A model generated the notes under the pieces. It searched no databases and was not told the DNA's origin. It saw only the letters and a program-made list of their open reading frames with translations. From Lama guanicoe (taxonomy: Eukaryota), in assembly GCA_013239625.1 (NCBI GenBank), contig MU053933.1, positions 1,675,453 to 1,695,452 of the forward strand: 20,000 nt of DNA, given 5' to 3'. The translations under genes and the position numbers were made by a program. Positions 1 to 11,500 of this stretch are shown piece by piece. How positions within the stretch are numbered: position 1 is the first letter of the stretch; each line of letters opens with the position of its first letter.

Positions 1-530
1 GGCTCACGGACCATTCACGGAGAACTGGAGAAATGTGTGTTCAAGTCCTTTGCCCGTTTTTGAATCAGGTTTTCCCGGTTGAGTTTTAGGAGTTCTTCGA
101 TATTCTGGGTGGCGCCCTTCCGCAGGTTTGTGCTTTGCGGACGGCCCTCCCGCTCCGGGGGCTGCTCTTTGACCCTGCTGATAGTCTGTTGTGATGCACA
201 AAGTAGAAAGTTTTCGTCAGGTCTAGTTTGTCTTACTTTTCCTTGTCGCCTGTGCCTTCAGTGCCACGTCCAGGAAAATCGTGGTCAGTTCGAGTCTCGT
301 GAAGTTTTTGCCCCGTGTTTTCAGCTGAGTTTTATTGTTTTGGGCCTTTGATCCATTTTGAGTTAGTTTTGTATGTGGTGGGGGGTCAGGGTCAGCCCCA
401 TTCTTCTGCGTGTGGACGTCCAGCGTTCCCAGCCCTGTTTGTTGAAGGGCCTGTCCTTGCCCCTCCGAGTGGCCCCGTGTCCTGTGGAAGGTCATGTGTC
501 TGTGAGCCGTGGGTTGGCTTCTGCTGCCTC
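1..530 (-). mobile_element. Degenerate L1 (LINE-1) ORF2 C-terminal fragment, intronic and antisense to RRP1
   Basis: Minus-strand translation ...PPPHTKLTQNGSK...FLDVALKAQATRKSK resembles L1 ORF2 'LTPYTKINSKWIK...FLDMTPKAQATKAKID'. The + strand begins 'ctggagaaatgtgtgttcaagtcctttgcccgttttt', typical of antisense L1. Boundaries are approximate. Confidence 0.8.
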
Positions 531-1136
531 TGACTCTCGTGCCCTTGCTGGCGTGCCCCTGGGTTTTCTCAGCCGCCCCCACGCCGCACCGGCACTGCCC
601 GGCCACCCGGGGCATCTTTCCTGGCCCTCCCTGACCTCCTTCTCAGTAGCCAAGTCACCGGTCCAGGCAGCCCCAGGTCCTCGCGGGGCTTGGTGATGGC
701 CCACAGTCCTGCCGTCACCGTTCACTGCCTCCCACCTGTCCCGCTCCGCTGCCTGTCCGAACCTTCCATGTGCGGGGAGCGACGTCAGAGCCCCAGACGC
801 CTGGCCAGTGTCTGCTTCCTCACCTGCAGCTGCATCTCCTGTCACCCTGTGGCTGGGCCAGCCCCCCTCTTCTGCACCCTGGACTCCTGCCCCTGTGTTT
901 GCTGCCTGGGCTGCCCACTCACAGTCCCCTCTCGGTTTCACTCCTCGAGGACTGGTCAGGCCCCCATCTTCCCTGGGATGGCTTTCTCCTCCCCAGGCCT
1001 TGGTGCCCCTGCCGTCCACCCACCCAAGCGTGGGCCCCGGCTGGCAAGGCTCCTGGTTCCCAGGCATTCGTGTTGGGCCCTGTGACCCCTGTGGCACCAG
1101 GTATGTCTTTGAGTCCGTGGGCCCCTTTTGTCCTAG

Positions 1137-1219
1137 GCTCCGTCTGTGGGACTGGACCCGACCCGGGTGCGGAGCAGTCGGACGACGACGATGAGGGCAG
1201 TGCCGGCTCCGTCCTCCAG
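1137..1219 (+). CDS. RRP1: RRP1 internal coding exon (83 nt): (G)SVCGTGPDPGAEQSDDDDEGSAGSVLQ
   Basis: Acceptor ccttttgtcctag ends at 1136 and donor CAG|gtgggt starts at 1220. The acidic stretch ends in VLQ and joins in phase 0 to FDYEAV of the next exon, as in RRP1 'VLQFDYEAVANRLFEMAS'. Confidence 0.85.
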
Positions 1220-1772
1220 GTGGGTGGCCGGGCCTGTGGGCCGGGCGCTCAGCCCCTGCCCTGTGCTCCCGATGCTGGGAGCTGCTCTTGGGGCACAGTG
1301 GGGGTGGCGTCTGTCCGGCTGGGACGCGGAGGAAGGCAGGGGCGCCGGGCGGCACGTGCTGCGTGGGGGGGTTTCGGGTCCCCGCTGGTAGTCGGAGCTC
1401 AGCCGGCGGGGCCTGTAACCAGGTGAGCTGGACATGCAGGGCAGCTCCCAGTGAGTCCCGGATGTTGACTACTCGTGCGTTAGTAAGGTCTTCAGTGTCT
1501 TGGTCAAGTAGTCATTAGGTTGACCTTGCTTGTTTCTTCCTGCTTTTTTTAACGTGGGTTTTAAGTCACAGGCTCCCCGCGGCCCCGCACGTTCCCACGG
1601 GCGTTTGCTGCCTCACGTGCTGCGGACCGTCTGCATCTGTGCGGGGATGGCCTGGGGATGGCGGGGCGCGGCCTCGGCACGTGGCTTCCGTGCTCCCTCT
1701 GCCGGTTCACGTTCCGGGAGCCCCTGGGAGGTGACTCACCCTTCGCCTCCACGGCGTCTCTTTGTGAAACAG

Positions 1773-1870
1773 TTTGACTATGAGGCTGTTGCCAACAGAC
1801 TGTTTGAAATGGCTAGTCACCAGGACACCCCTCCTCCAAACCGGAAACGTCTCTACAAAGTGATCCGAAA
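1773..1870 (+). CDS. RRP1: RRP1 coding exon (98 nt): FDYEAVANRLFEMASHQDTPPPNRKRLYKVIR(K)
   Basis: Near-identical to human RRP1 FDYEAVANRLFEMASRQSTPSQNRKRLYKVIRK. Acceptor aaacag ends at 1772 and donor AA|gtgagt starts at 1871. Confidence 0.96.
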
Positions 1871-2004
1871 GTGAGTGTCCCTGGAGGGGCTGGCGTTGGG
1901 GTCGCCCCTCCCTCCCTCCCTGTGGTGGCCCCGCCCTCAGAGCTCAGGCAGGAAGGGGCTTCCTGAGAGCAGCCGAGGCCAGTGACCGCCTCCCCTTGTT
2001 TCAG

Positions 2005-2024
2005 GTTGCAGGGCCTCGCGGAAG
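2005..2024 (+). CDS. RRP1: RRP1 20-nt microexon: (K)LQGLAE(G)
   Basis: Acceptor tccccttgtttcag ends at 2004 and donor G|gtgagc starts at 2025. It bridges phase 2 to phase 1 and matches human 'KLQDLAGG'. Confidence 0.92.
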
Positions 2025-2468
2025 GTGAGCACGGGGCTGCCCGGCTGAGACAGGACCTCGTCCTCTTGGGAGTGGATGGGGCCACACATTCACCCCCAGA
2101 GCGTGGACAAGAGTTTGCAGAGGCTGGTGGTGTTTGTTTGGCGAGAGGCGGGTGGCTGGCCTCGGGACTCTTGTCCTGATGAAGCTCAGTGGTTTTGGGG
2201 GCTGAGTGTGCGTTTGAGGCTCACGTGACAGGGTGGGGCCCGGCCCGAGAGCCTGCATTTCCGGTGAGTGCCTACAATGTGGCGGTGCTGGGCTGCGGAG
2301 CAGCAGACAGCCCCAGTTTGCGGTGTGTGGCTGGTGGACCTGGGAAAGCGTATTCTGAAAGGCAGTTGCTCATGACATGGTGCTTATGGGGCCATGGAGA
2401 CAGTGAACATGCGAGCTGTGAGCGTCCCGGCTGCCTTTGGCCTCCTGATCACCTGCCTTGGTCCTCAG

Positions 2469-2573
2469 GCTTCTTCCCTGAAGATGACATCCCAGAGAAA
2501 GCCTACAGGTGTGTGCGGGGAGGGCGGCGCGTGAAGATGAAGAGGCGCCTGTCCCAGCTGCAGAGCAGGATGG
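2469..2573 (+). CDS. RRP1: RRP1 coding exon (105 nt): (G)FFPEDDIPEKAYRCVRGGRRVKMKRRLSQLQSRM(G)
   Basis: Acceptor gtcctcag ends at 2468 and donor G|gtaagc starts at 2574. Matches human 'GIFPEDEIPEKACRRLLEGRR'; phase 1-1. Confidence 0.93.
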
Positions 2574-3661
2574 GTAAGCCTGGCAGTGTTGGCTGCGGTG
2601 AGGGGCTTCCTCACCTGCATTCTGTCCTCACGCTTGGGTCAAGTGACCGGAAGCCTCTCTCCAGATGTGACCCCCTCCTCCCCAGCCTACTGCCCTGTGC
2701 CACGCCCAGCCCTGGGCTTCTGCTGTCTGGCCAAGGGCCACTCTGTCTTCCCTGCCCTCCTTACCTGCGGTTCTGGTCTGGCCTCTTCCTGACCCTTTTC
2801 CATCTTTGATCTGTGTGTGCCTCTTCCTCCTCTGCAGCGCGCTCCAGAGAGCCCTAACCCCACTGTACTCTCCTCCTTGATTTTAGAAGCTTCTCCTCCC
2901 CCTGCCTCTTCCCTCCTCCCCCTTTCCTGCTCCACCCCCCTCCCCTCTCCTCGCCTTCCTCCACCCCAGCTTGTCCACAGGCGTGTGGCTAGCCTGTGAC
3001 CGCCTGTGCCAAAGGCCATCGTGTGCTCCTGCGCCTACTGCAGACCCCGGGGGCCGGCTGCCCGCTGCAGTGGGGGCGGGAGGAGCTTGTGGCTGGAGAG
3101 GGATGCAGACGAGGGAGAGACAGTGGCCCTACCTGTAGCCGAGACCCCTCCTGTGTCACCACATCTGCTCAAGTGGCCCCAGGCTCTGGGATCCGCCCTT
3201 TGCAGGGTTGGTCCATTCTCTGCTCTGGCCCAACCCTGTCCAGCTCATTTCACGCCAGGGCCCTTGAGCAGATGAGGACTGGCTCACACACCCACGCCAG
3301 GCAAGGGGCCGGATGCTGACAGGGCCCCGCGTTCCCGGCCGCCCCTCCGGCCCTTGTGGGCACGAGCCTGAGCCTGCCTGCGCCCCACACCGCTGCCCAC
3401 TTTGCCTTTCCCTGGCCCTGTCCTCGCCCTGGGCTTCCTAAAGGCCCCCTTTCTGGTGCCAGGAGCCCACGTGGATTTCGCACCTGCCCGCCGGCTGTGG
3501 TGCAGGGTCCCTGGGGGGCCGGCTTGGGTCCCCTCCGCAGGCCATCAGTGCTTCTGTCAGGCACTGTGTGTCTGCTGTCCCGGAGCCACCTCCCTCGTTC
3601 AGAGAACCGCGAGGTGGATGGGCCTTCCTTGAGCCTTGTTCACTTGGCCTTGCCGTTGCAG

Positions 3662-3894
3662 GGAGAGATGCGGGGGAGGCCTTGTGTCCAGACCCGAGCC
3701 CCAGACCCGCGAGGAGAAGGCGGCGGCGGAGCACAGGGGCTGACCCCACCGTGTCCCAGGAGCAGCCCGGGGGCCGGGGAGGGAGAGGGGCCCGCAAGAG
3801 GGGGCGGCGGCCGCTGGCAGGGGCCAACGCGAAGGTGGCCAGTTACCAGGAGCCAAAGGTGAAGAGGAAGCAGACCCTAGAGGGCAAAAAGTGA
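3662..3894 (+). CDS. RRP1: RRP1 terminal coding exon, basic/disordered C-terminal tail ending ...QEPKVKRKQTLEGKK*
   Basis: Acceptor ttgccgttgcag ends at 3661 and is phase-1 compatible. Motifs PSP..RRRRRR..GADP..QPGGRGGRGARKR..RPLAGANAKVASYQEP parallel the human RRP1 C-terminus. TGA is at 3892-3894. Confidence 0.88.
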
Positions 3895-4135
3895 TGTCGC
3901 CAGGCCCACCAGGGAGGAGGAGGCAGGATAGTCGGACCGAGTTCCAGAGACTCTGACACCAGCTGCTCCCCAGTGTACTGAGTCCGCAGCAGCCGAGGTC
4001 AGAGCTGACGGTGGTTGGGCCAGCACTTAGCGCCCATGACCCAGGAAGAGCTGCTCCTGTGCTGACCCGGGTCAGGCCGGGGGACCCCCACCGACACCGC
4101 CCTCAGCAGGAGACGCAGCTCGCTGGGCGTCCTCA

Positions 4136-4141
4136 AATAAA
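4136..4141 (+). terminator. RRP1: RRP1 polyadenylation signal AATAAA (3'UTR about 270 nt)
   Basis: First AATAAA after the stop codon, followed by a GT-rich downstream element (ctctggtgcgtttgtgcg, ~4174-4190). Confidence 0.75.
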
Positions 4142-4827
4142 GCGCTCCGAGGGTCGTGCAGACCGAGTCCTGCCTCTGGTGCGTTTGTGCGGAAGCTCTC
4201 TAGCAGTGTGAGCTGACGGGTGCCAGCGGTGTTCACGTTTAATAACCAAATCTGCACATTCCTCAAGCTCTGTAAGACGATGGCGCGTGTTACCAGTGGC
4301 GTCTGGACGAGCACTTTACACGCTCTTGTTGGGAGTCAACAGTGAACCAGTGCTTTGTGCCAGCCCCGTTGCTTGAGCGGGAGGCGCAGCTCCCTGTCCA
4401 CTTCTTGTCACTTGTGACTGAGAGGCAGAGCAGGATCTGACGTCCCGTGGGCGTGTGCCTGCCAGGCCCTGCACACCTCGCCTCAGCTCCTTTAAATTCA
4501 GTTTCAGTCCCTGGCCCGAGAATCCCAATCGAAAGGAAAGTACAAGTGGACGCAGTGGCAGGCGGGCTCCAGGTGGCCTCCGGGCAGGGCTGGGCCGCGG
4601 GGCAGGGCTATGCTGGCGACAGGTGGGCGCCGTCTCGGTCTGCTGGCCCGGCCGCACCTGCACCGAGGTGTGTGGGTGAGCCTGGGGAGGCCGGCACTCA
4701 GCCTGCTGCCAAAGCCCCGCGGCCTGCAGGCACCAGCCCTCCCCGGACAGCGCTGGCTCCTTTGAGGGTGTGGCCCTGCCCGGCTCCGGAGCAGCTGGTG
4801 TGGATGAGGGTCTGCTGGGGTCCCTTC

Positions 4828-4985
4828 ATTTGTTTTTAACAACTTGATTGAGTGCACTTTGTACACCAGTCATTCCGCCCGTTTGAAGTGTATGAGCCGG
4901 TGGTGCTTCGTGTATCCGTTGGGTTGTGTGTCCCTCACCCAGGTCCATTTTAGGACATTTTCGTTTACCCCCAAAGAAGCCCGGT
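4828..4985 (-). mobile_element. L1M (L1MB-like) 3' end fragment
   Basis: 'tttttaacaacttgattgag...tttgaagtgta...ttttaggacattttcgtttacccccaaagaagccc' matches the antisense L1MB-type 3' terminus ('ttttaacagctttattgag...tttaaagtgtac...ttttagaacattttcatcaccccaaaaagaaaccc'). Confidence 0.7.
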
Positions 4986-6710
4986 GCTCAGGGCCTCCTT
5001 TACTTTGGGGAAGAAACCCACGTGAGGCTTTCGGACCAGCAGGGACCCCCACCGTGGTTACTGATCACCAGGCTCAGTTGTTCATTCACAGGTTTCTGGA
5101 GCAGCTGGGGTCTAGAGCAAGTATCACTGTCTGATGTGACTTAAGAGCTGGTAGCAAGTGTGTTTTATTGCTTCCCAGTTGTCACCAGCTCTGCTAAAGG
5201 TTCTCTTCCTGGGAGAGTAAGCAGGAGCCCTGGAGCTGGTTAACTACCGGGGCTGGGGAGCCCCACTCCTGTGTCACGTGGACAGACTGGAGCCTGATAA
5301 CCAGAGGTGGCCAGGGGTTCCGGGCTCTCCGCCGTGGGTCGCCTGGGTTAAACCTCGTCCTCCTCAGCCGTCTTGTGGAGAAAGGTTCAGAACAACAGCC
5401 TTAAGCTCTCAAAGCGCTTAGGTCAGCCCAGTGTTCCGTGTTTGCTCATCAAACCCCTGTGGCTCCAAAGCTCCCCGTTGCAGCTGGGGCCAGTTGGAGC
5501 CGGGTAGCTACGGATGCCCTAATCAAAGCGGGAGCAGCTCTGGCCTGAGTCTAGAGGCCGACGGGGAGGGCTCTCGTTCAGGGGTGGGGGGAGGAGGGGC
5601 CGTGTGAACCAGACCTTCCTGCAGGAGAGGGGCCAGCCAGGGCAGTTTGGGACCCGTCCCTCCAGTGGTGGGATGGAGGGTGGGTCTGGGGACAGCCCCC
5701 TCAGCAGCCCCTGACTGAGACGCCTTCTGCCACTGCCTGGGGTGGATCTGACCTTTTACCTCCTGCCTTACAAACAGCCATGTGGTCACTAGGGCCTGGC
5801 ACGAGGTAGGGGGCGGGGGTGCTGACTCCAGGCCAGCCGTGTTGGGGCCTGGACTGTGGGGCAGCGGATAAAGGAGAGGCCCCTCCTGTGCTATGCTCCC
5901 AGCAGGAGGAAGGGAAGGCCAGGTGTGATCCAGCCCCAGCCGCGGCAGTGGCCCCCATCCCATCTGAGGCCTCTGGGTCCTCACCTGCCATCTCCCAGTG
6001 AGCTTCCCGGCTGACCCTGCAGTGGGGCCCCCTGTCCTGTCAGTTGGGCGGATTTACACCCCACACCGGGTTTGGCTGGAAGGAAGCGTATCAGGTGGTG
6101 CCTCATCTGTCTCCCTCCGCCAGCAGCTGTTCCTGCGAGGTTTGAGCCCCCTCCCCGGCCCGGGCCCGGGCCCAGGCCCAGACTCCGAGCGCACTGGGGC
6201 TTTACGCGGCACCATCCCTTCCTAAGCTGCGGCTTTGCTTTGAGCCGCTTTGCTTCCATCAGCCAGACGTGTGCCCTCTGACTTGGCTGTGCGCACCTGT
6301 GTCTGCAGCGCTGGGGGTTGGGGGGCGCGTGTGCAGACAGGTCTGTCCCTCTCCCTCCGTCCGTCTGTCCTGCCTGCCTACCTGTCAGTCACCTACGTCC
6401 CTGTACCTGCCCTCCCTCGTTTACCTCCTACCGTCTGTCACCCGCTGTCTTCTCTCCCCCCACCCCTCCTTCACCTCAGAGACGAGGTGACTGAGGAAGA
6501 ACCAGGGAAGTTCTGTCTGCAGAGTCACCTAGCCCCCAGGGTGTCACCCCCCAGACTGCCTTTTCCCTGACTGTCATCCCCATGATGGCATCCTCCAAGG
6601 ACTTGCCCCGTTCGCATGGCGCCCTTCAGCCTTGCCGTGGGTGAGGGGCAGGTGGAGATCCAAGGAGGGCAGCCCCACCCTCCTCTCCGGTCCTGCCCCC
6701 TGGGGTGTGG

Positions 6711-6733
6711 CCCCCCCCCCCCCCCCCCCCCCC
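6711..6733. repeat. Poly-C homopolymer (C23)
   Basis: Uninterrupted run of 23 C, read directly from the sequence. Confidence 0.95.
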
Positions 6734-8234
6734 ACCATCTGCCTCTGGGAGGCGCCCCCGGCTCTTGAGTGAGCACCTCCTGGCCCCCAGCAAGTCTGGG
6801 TGCTGTCCCAGCTGCCCCAGCTGCCCCAGTGCCGAAGCCCCGTCTTGTGCTTTCCCTCAAGTGGAGCCTTGAAGGTGCCTCCTGGGGACTGGCTCTCCCA
6901 GTTTGCACTGGTCCCTGTGCCCAAGCAGGTGAGCCAAGTCTGCGGGAGGGGGGTGCTGCATTGATACTCACCTGGCCTGGCCAGTGCAGCCCAGCAGCCC
7001 CCTCATCCTTGAGATCCAGGCTGGATACGGGTGCTGGGGCCCTCAGAGCAGCTCAGTTGTCAGGTGGCCGGTCTACAGGTGAGGCCCAGGTGGGGGTCCT
7101 TCCCAAGGAGTCGCAGGGTCCCAGGGCCCCGCCTGCAGGGTCTGCTTGGGGAGGCAGCCGTGCTCCATCCTTGTCCTGGGGCCTCCAAGCTCCACTTCCA
7201 ACTGCTGGATAAATGGGACCCCAGAAAGGACCTGTGTACCTGTCCTTAGGTGATGAGGCCCCGCCCCAGCTGAGCTGCCTCAGGGCCCTCTGGGCCGGCA
7301 CTGCTGGGCTGGGTGCCCGCGTGCTCGCGTGCCCGCGGGGAGCTGGTGACCGCACGTGCTTTGCAAACAGGCCTGGAAAAATCTGTGGGAACTCCAGCCC
7401 CAGGCCTTCGGCCTGCCCTCATAGAAGCCTCTAGATATCTCGGGTGGGGGTGAAGGATGGAGCACTTGAGGACGAGGCAAAGGGGAAGTAGGCGTGGCCT
7501 CCAGGGCCGGTCAGGGAGCCCGGGTTTGGGGGCGGGGTGCTGGGTGAGGACCCTCGTGCTCAGGCGTCTCTGCTCTTCTGCCTGCGGTGGGGGCAACCAC
7601 ATGGTGTCCGGCCAAGCCCTGGGTCCTGGTCCCTCCTCAGGAGAGTCCCTGCCTGCTCTGGGCCTCAGTGTCCTCCTCTGTACGCAGGGTGGGGCCAGCG
7701 ATCTCGGGCGGCTCCGCGGAAGTACTTGATGCAGGGATCTCGGCCTGCTCCTGAGGCAGCACCACGTGTCTGGACACCTAGGAGCGTGGGGTCCCGGGGG
7801 AAGGATGCTGGGAACCAGCCTCACCTCTGGCCACGTCCCAGGGGGCGGTTCACCCTAGTTTAGGATCTGCCAGCGAGTTGCAACAGGAGCTCCAGTCAGA
7901 GGATGGGAGGGGGGCATTGCCTGCGCCCTGCACTCCAGGAGGTTCTGTGGCCCCAGGGAAGCACCCGCCCCTGCCCACCCCGGGCCGGGCCACACGTGGG
8001 GGCCTGCACCCCTCGTGGCACCCCAGTCACCGTTTTCTTTTCTTCGTCTGACTTGGAATCTGAGCTGTGTAATTTCCAGTTATGACATTCGGTGTCTGCA
8101 GGGGCCGTGCTGCCTCGCTGGATCCCAGACCTTCGGGGTCCTGTGGGCCTCTCTACAGCCACCCCACCTTGTTTCCTGCCCCCTTCCCCTCGCTCCTTCC
8201 CTCCTGCATGTTTACTCAGACCTGCACGAGATAC

Positions 8235-8585
8235 CTGTGCTGCGTCACAGTTCACTGCAAACTTGGGGGCTGGAAGCAGAGGCTCTGTAGGTCAGGGCGT
8301 GGGTGGCAGGGCCCTGGCTCAGGGTCTCACAGGCTGAGATCAGGTGTCGCAGGGCTGCCGTCACATGTGACGCTCGGGTCCCCCTCCTGGCTCACTGCTC
8401 GTTGGCAGAATTCAGTTCTTTGCACCTAAGTTTGAGGCCATTTCCTTTGTAGCTGTCAGCGGAGTGGCTCCGAGCTCTGAGATGCTGCCTGCAGCTCCTG
8501 CCATGTGCTTGAAGCCAGCAGGAGAAATTCTCACACTTCGAATCCCTCTGACTTCTGATTAGGCCAGGCCCACCCACACTGGGAC
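8235..8585 (-). mobile_element. MaLR LTR, MLT1 family (MLT1E/F-like)
   Basis: Blocks 'gctcagggtctcacaggctgagatcaggtgtcgcagggctg', 'gttggcagaattcagttcttt' and 'cttcgaatccctctgacttc' match the reverse complement of the MLT1 LTR consensus as remembered. Confidence 0.7.
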
Positions 8586-11500
8586 AGGGGATCCCGCAGG
8601 GTGTGCACCCCCGGGGGTAGGCCTCCTGGAGACACCTGAGAACCCACCCGCCACAGGCCCTGTGTCCATTCCGGTCCCTCTCTCTCCTGAGTCTTGCCTG
8701 CAGAGCTTGACCCAGAGCTAGAAGGCTGAGGGGCTCTTTCCCTCTCCAGCCCCTGGAAAATTCCTTGCCCTGGGAGTTTTGCCAGAGAGTGAAAGGAATA
8801 GAAAACCCTGGAATGTTGGGGGGCTGAGGGTCCACTAAGCCAGAAAGGAGCCCGAGCTCTCCTGGCCCAGCTGTGCTGCAGATTTCCCGACCCGAGTTCC
8901 AGGGGATGAGGGCGGGACGGGGTAGGTGCTCCCGGTCTTCCCACCAGCCCACCTGGGCCCACGGCCCAGCTGCCCCCGCCTCACAGTCCGTGCCTCCCTG
9001 TTTATCCTCCCCCTGCCCTCCCCCTGCCCCCTGGGTCTGCCTTGCCTGAGGCCCCCAAGGCGCCCGGGCCTGGCAGGGAGCAGGGGAAGCTGGTGACGCC
9101 TCAGGACAAGTGGTGTGGGACCTGCCTGCCGCTTGGCGCCGCGGTGGCCGGCAGCCCTGTCCGCTGGCATGGGCCCACGTCACCCTGAGGGCTAGCACCG
9201 TGGGCAGGTGCACGGCGCGTCCTGCCCTCTCCATAATGCGGGGCCTCTTGGGCTGGATCCTTTCCCATCTCTGACTCGAGCCAGGCCACTGCCGGGGCTG
9301 GTGGAACAGCCCTGATCCCGGTTCTGAGTCTGAGCTCCTTGGCCCGGGCTGTGGCAGGGACGGTCCTGCTCCCTCAGCCCCTCGGTCACCCCCGCCCCGA
9401 TGTTCCTGAATCCCTGGAGTGTCAAGGGCTTCCTCGGGCACCCCATGTGCTTCATGGTGCTCGAGTGTCCTGGGCCTTGCCCTGGGGGTGTCCCTCCGGG
9501 GAAGGGGTTGGGGGCTGTCTGGTCAGTGTCCATCCTGGCAGCTGAGAGCAGAACGTCCCACTCTCACCCAAAGGCTCCGAGCCACCTGCACACGGAGAGG
9601 CTGAGCCCCGCAGCCCCCTGTCCTCGGCCACCGCCCGGAGCAGGCTCCCCACCTTCCAGGCCAGGCCCCCTCTTCTGAACCTGACTCCCCCAGCTCCCTC
9701 ACCGAGTTTATGACTCTTCTCTCTGTCCTGGCCTGTGTCACTTTTCTGGTCCCCTGGGACCGCAGCCTGCACTCAGCTAGTCTCCCAGAGTCAGGTGCCT
9801 GAGGCTGCTGCTGTGAGAAGTCCTTCACACACTCAAACTGCTGTTAAGATGTCGTCTTAACATGCAAACTCAGGTCGCCTCTCCAGGGCAAGAGGAGCTC
9901 ACTGACCCCGAGCCGCGGCCCACCAGGTCTGAGAGCTGTGAATCAGAGATGTCCTGACTCCCAGAAACTGAGATTAAGAAACGTCACAGAAAGGTCACAG
10001 GACGGTGATTCAGCCCAGCTTCTGCGATCCTCCCCGCACAGCCTCCCCCGCAGCCCAGAGCCCAGGACGGGGCGGACCCAAGGTCCGTCCCCACTCCTGA
10101 GCTTGGTGCCCCGAACAAACCCTCGCTTCGCTGCAGACTCCCGCCGGCAGAGCACGGCTCCCTGCGCGCTGGGCATGTGGCTGTGATACACTTCTGTCCA
10201 CAGCGTGGTTCCCAGGGAAACGGGCCCCCAGGTCAGGCCGGCCTGCTCTGACTTTCCCACGGCCCCGTCCCTTGGCAGATTCACCAGGAACCCCGTCCAA
10301 GCCTGTGCCTCTGTCTCCAGGCCCCCCTCCCAGGAGGAGTGGCCTCGGCTGCTGCCAGGCTGGAGGCGGCCGGGCCTTGGGCTTTTGGCATCACAGTCTG
10401 TCTGTCCTTTTGATAACCAAGTACATTCTGCAGTGATAAGAACTGAAGATGTGCTTGAATTTCAAAAGTGGGGTCATTTTGTTTTGGGGTGCTTTAACTG
10501 CGGAGCCCAGACTCAAACTGACTTGAATAGGAGAGGGGGCCACGACCTTGCCGGGGAATCCTGGAGGTGGCACTGGCCTCAGACGAGGTCACCAATGGTC
10601 AAGTCCCTTTTCCTCCTCAGCCCTGACTGGCTGGTGTCCCCTGACTGAGTGTCTGCCCCTGGGGCTCCTGCGCCCTTGATCACCTGCCCTCGGAGCGTTG
10701 CGTGTTCGCAGCCCAAGTCCTGCTGCGCCCTCTGGACGGGCTGGGCCACCCGCCTGGACCCACCCGCTGGTCAGAGGAGGATGCCACACCCTGGTGCCTG
10801 CATCACACTTCACATCCCCCCGTAGGACACGAGGGACCACAGGGTAGTGATGGAGGCGCTGGGCAGGTGACGTGCAGAACACCTGCCCCATCTCCCCTGG
10901 GCTTCCCGAGCAGGAAGCCTGTCTCTGTTTTCTTAGGGTAAGAACCCTGGACGGAGTGGAGAAATGTGGTGACATAGGGAGCGGTTGCTCTCAAGCCGCA
11001 GCGCACCGATGGCCGAGTGCGGCCGGGCTGCCCTGGCTCTCCCGACGCCCTTCGGGCCAGGCCTCGCGTGGATTTTCTGACTCGACGGCTCCCCCCTCTG
11101 CACAGGCGGCTGTGTCTGTCACTGTTTGCAGGGTGAGCACTTTGTCTTCATGGCTGGAGGCCCCTGAGAGGCCTGATGAGGTTGTATTATTTTGTTGCTG
11201 TTTTTTCTTTTGAGAGAATTCCTTTCTAGCAAGTCAGGTCAAACGCACACATTTCTCTCCAGATGACAGCAACGTCCTCACCTCCCTCAGAGCAGTGACC
11301 TCGTGGGAGTCCGGAAGGTTCTGGAAGGAGGCAGTGAACTGACGCCTCCAGCTGGACAGTGGCGTTGGGCCAGGATGGGCCCCTGTGGCTGCGTGGGCAG
11401 GAGGCGAGCTGGCTGGCGCCGGTGCCCAGGTTTCTCAGTGCCATGAAAGGCTCCTGTTTTCTGTGTGAACTTGGGCTAAAAGCACACACAGCCCAGGGTG

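Noticed and set aside
492..1426. Long ORFs 492-1355 (-) and 770-1426 (+) as standalone genes
   Set aside because: Only 1137-1219 is a real RRP1 exon; the rest is intronic open frame.
5040..5520. Possible old LTR (minus-strand AATAAA near 5165-5170)
   Set aside because: No termini, TSD or recognisable consensus blocks.
8392..9441. 349-aa minus-strand ORF
   Set aside because: Low-complexity G/P/R/A composition, no recognisable domain, and it runs into an MLT1 LTR; expected by chance in GC-rich DNA.
10480..10980. Possible MLT1J/K remnant ('actcaaactgacttgaa')
   Set aside because: Only one short motif match; too weak without a search.
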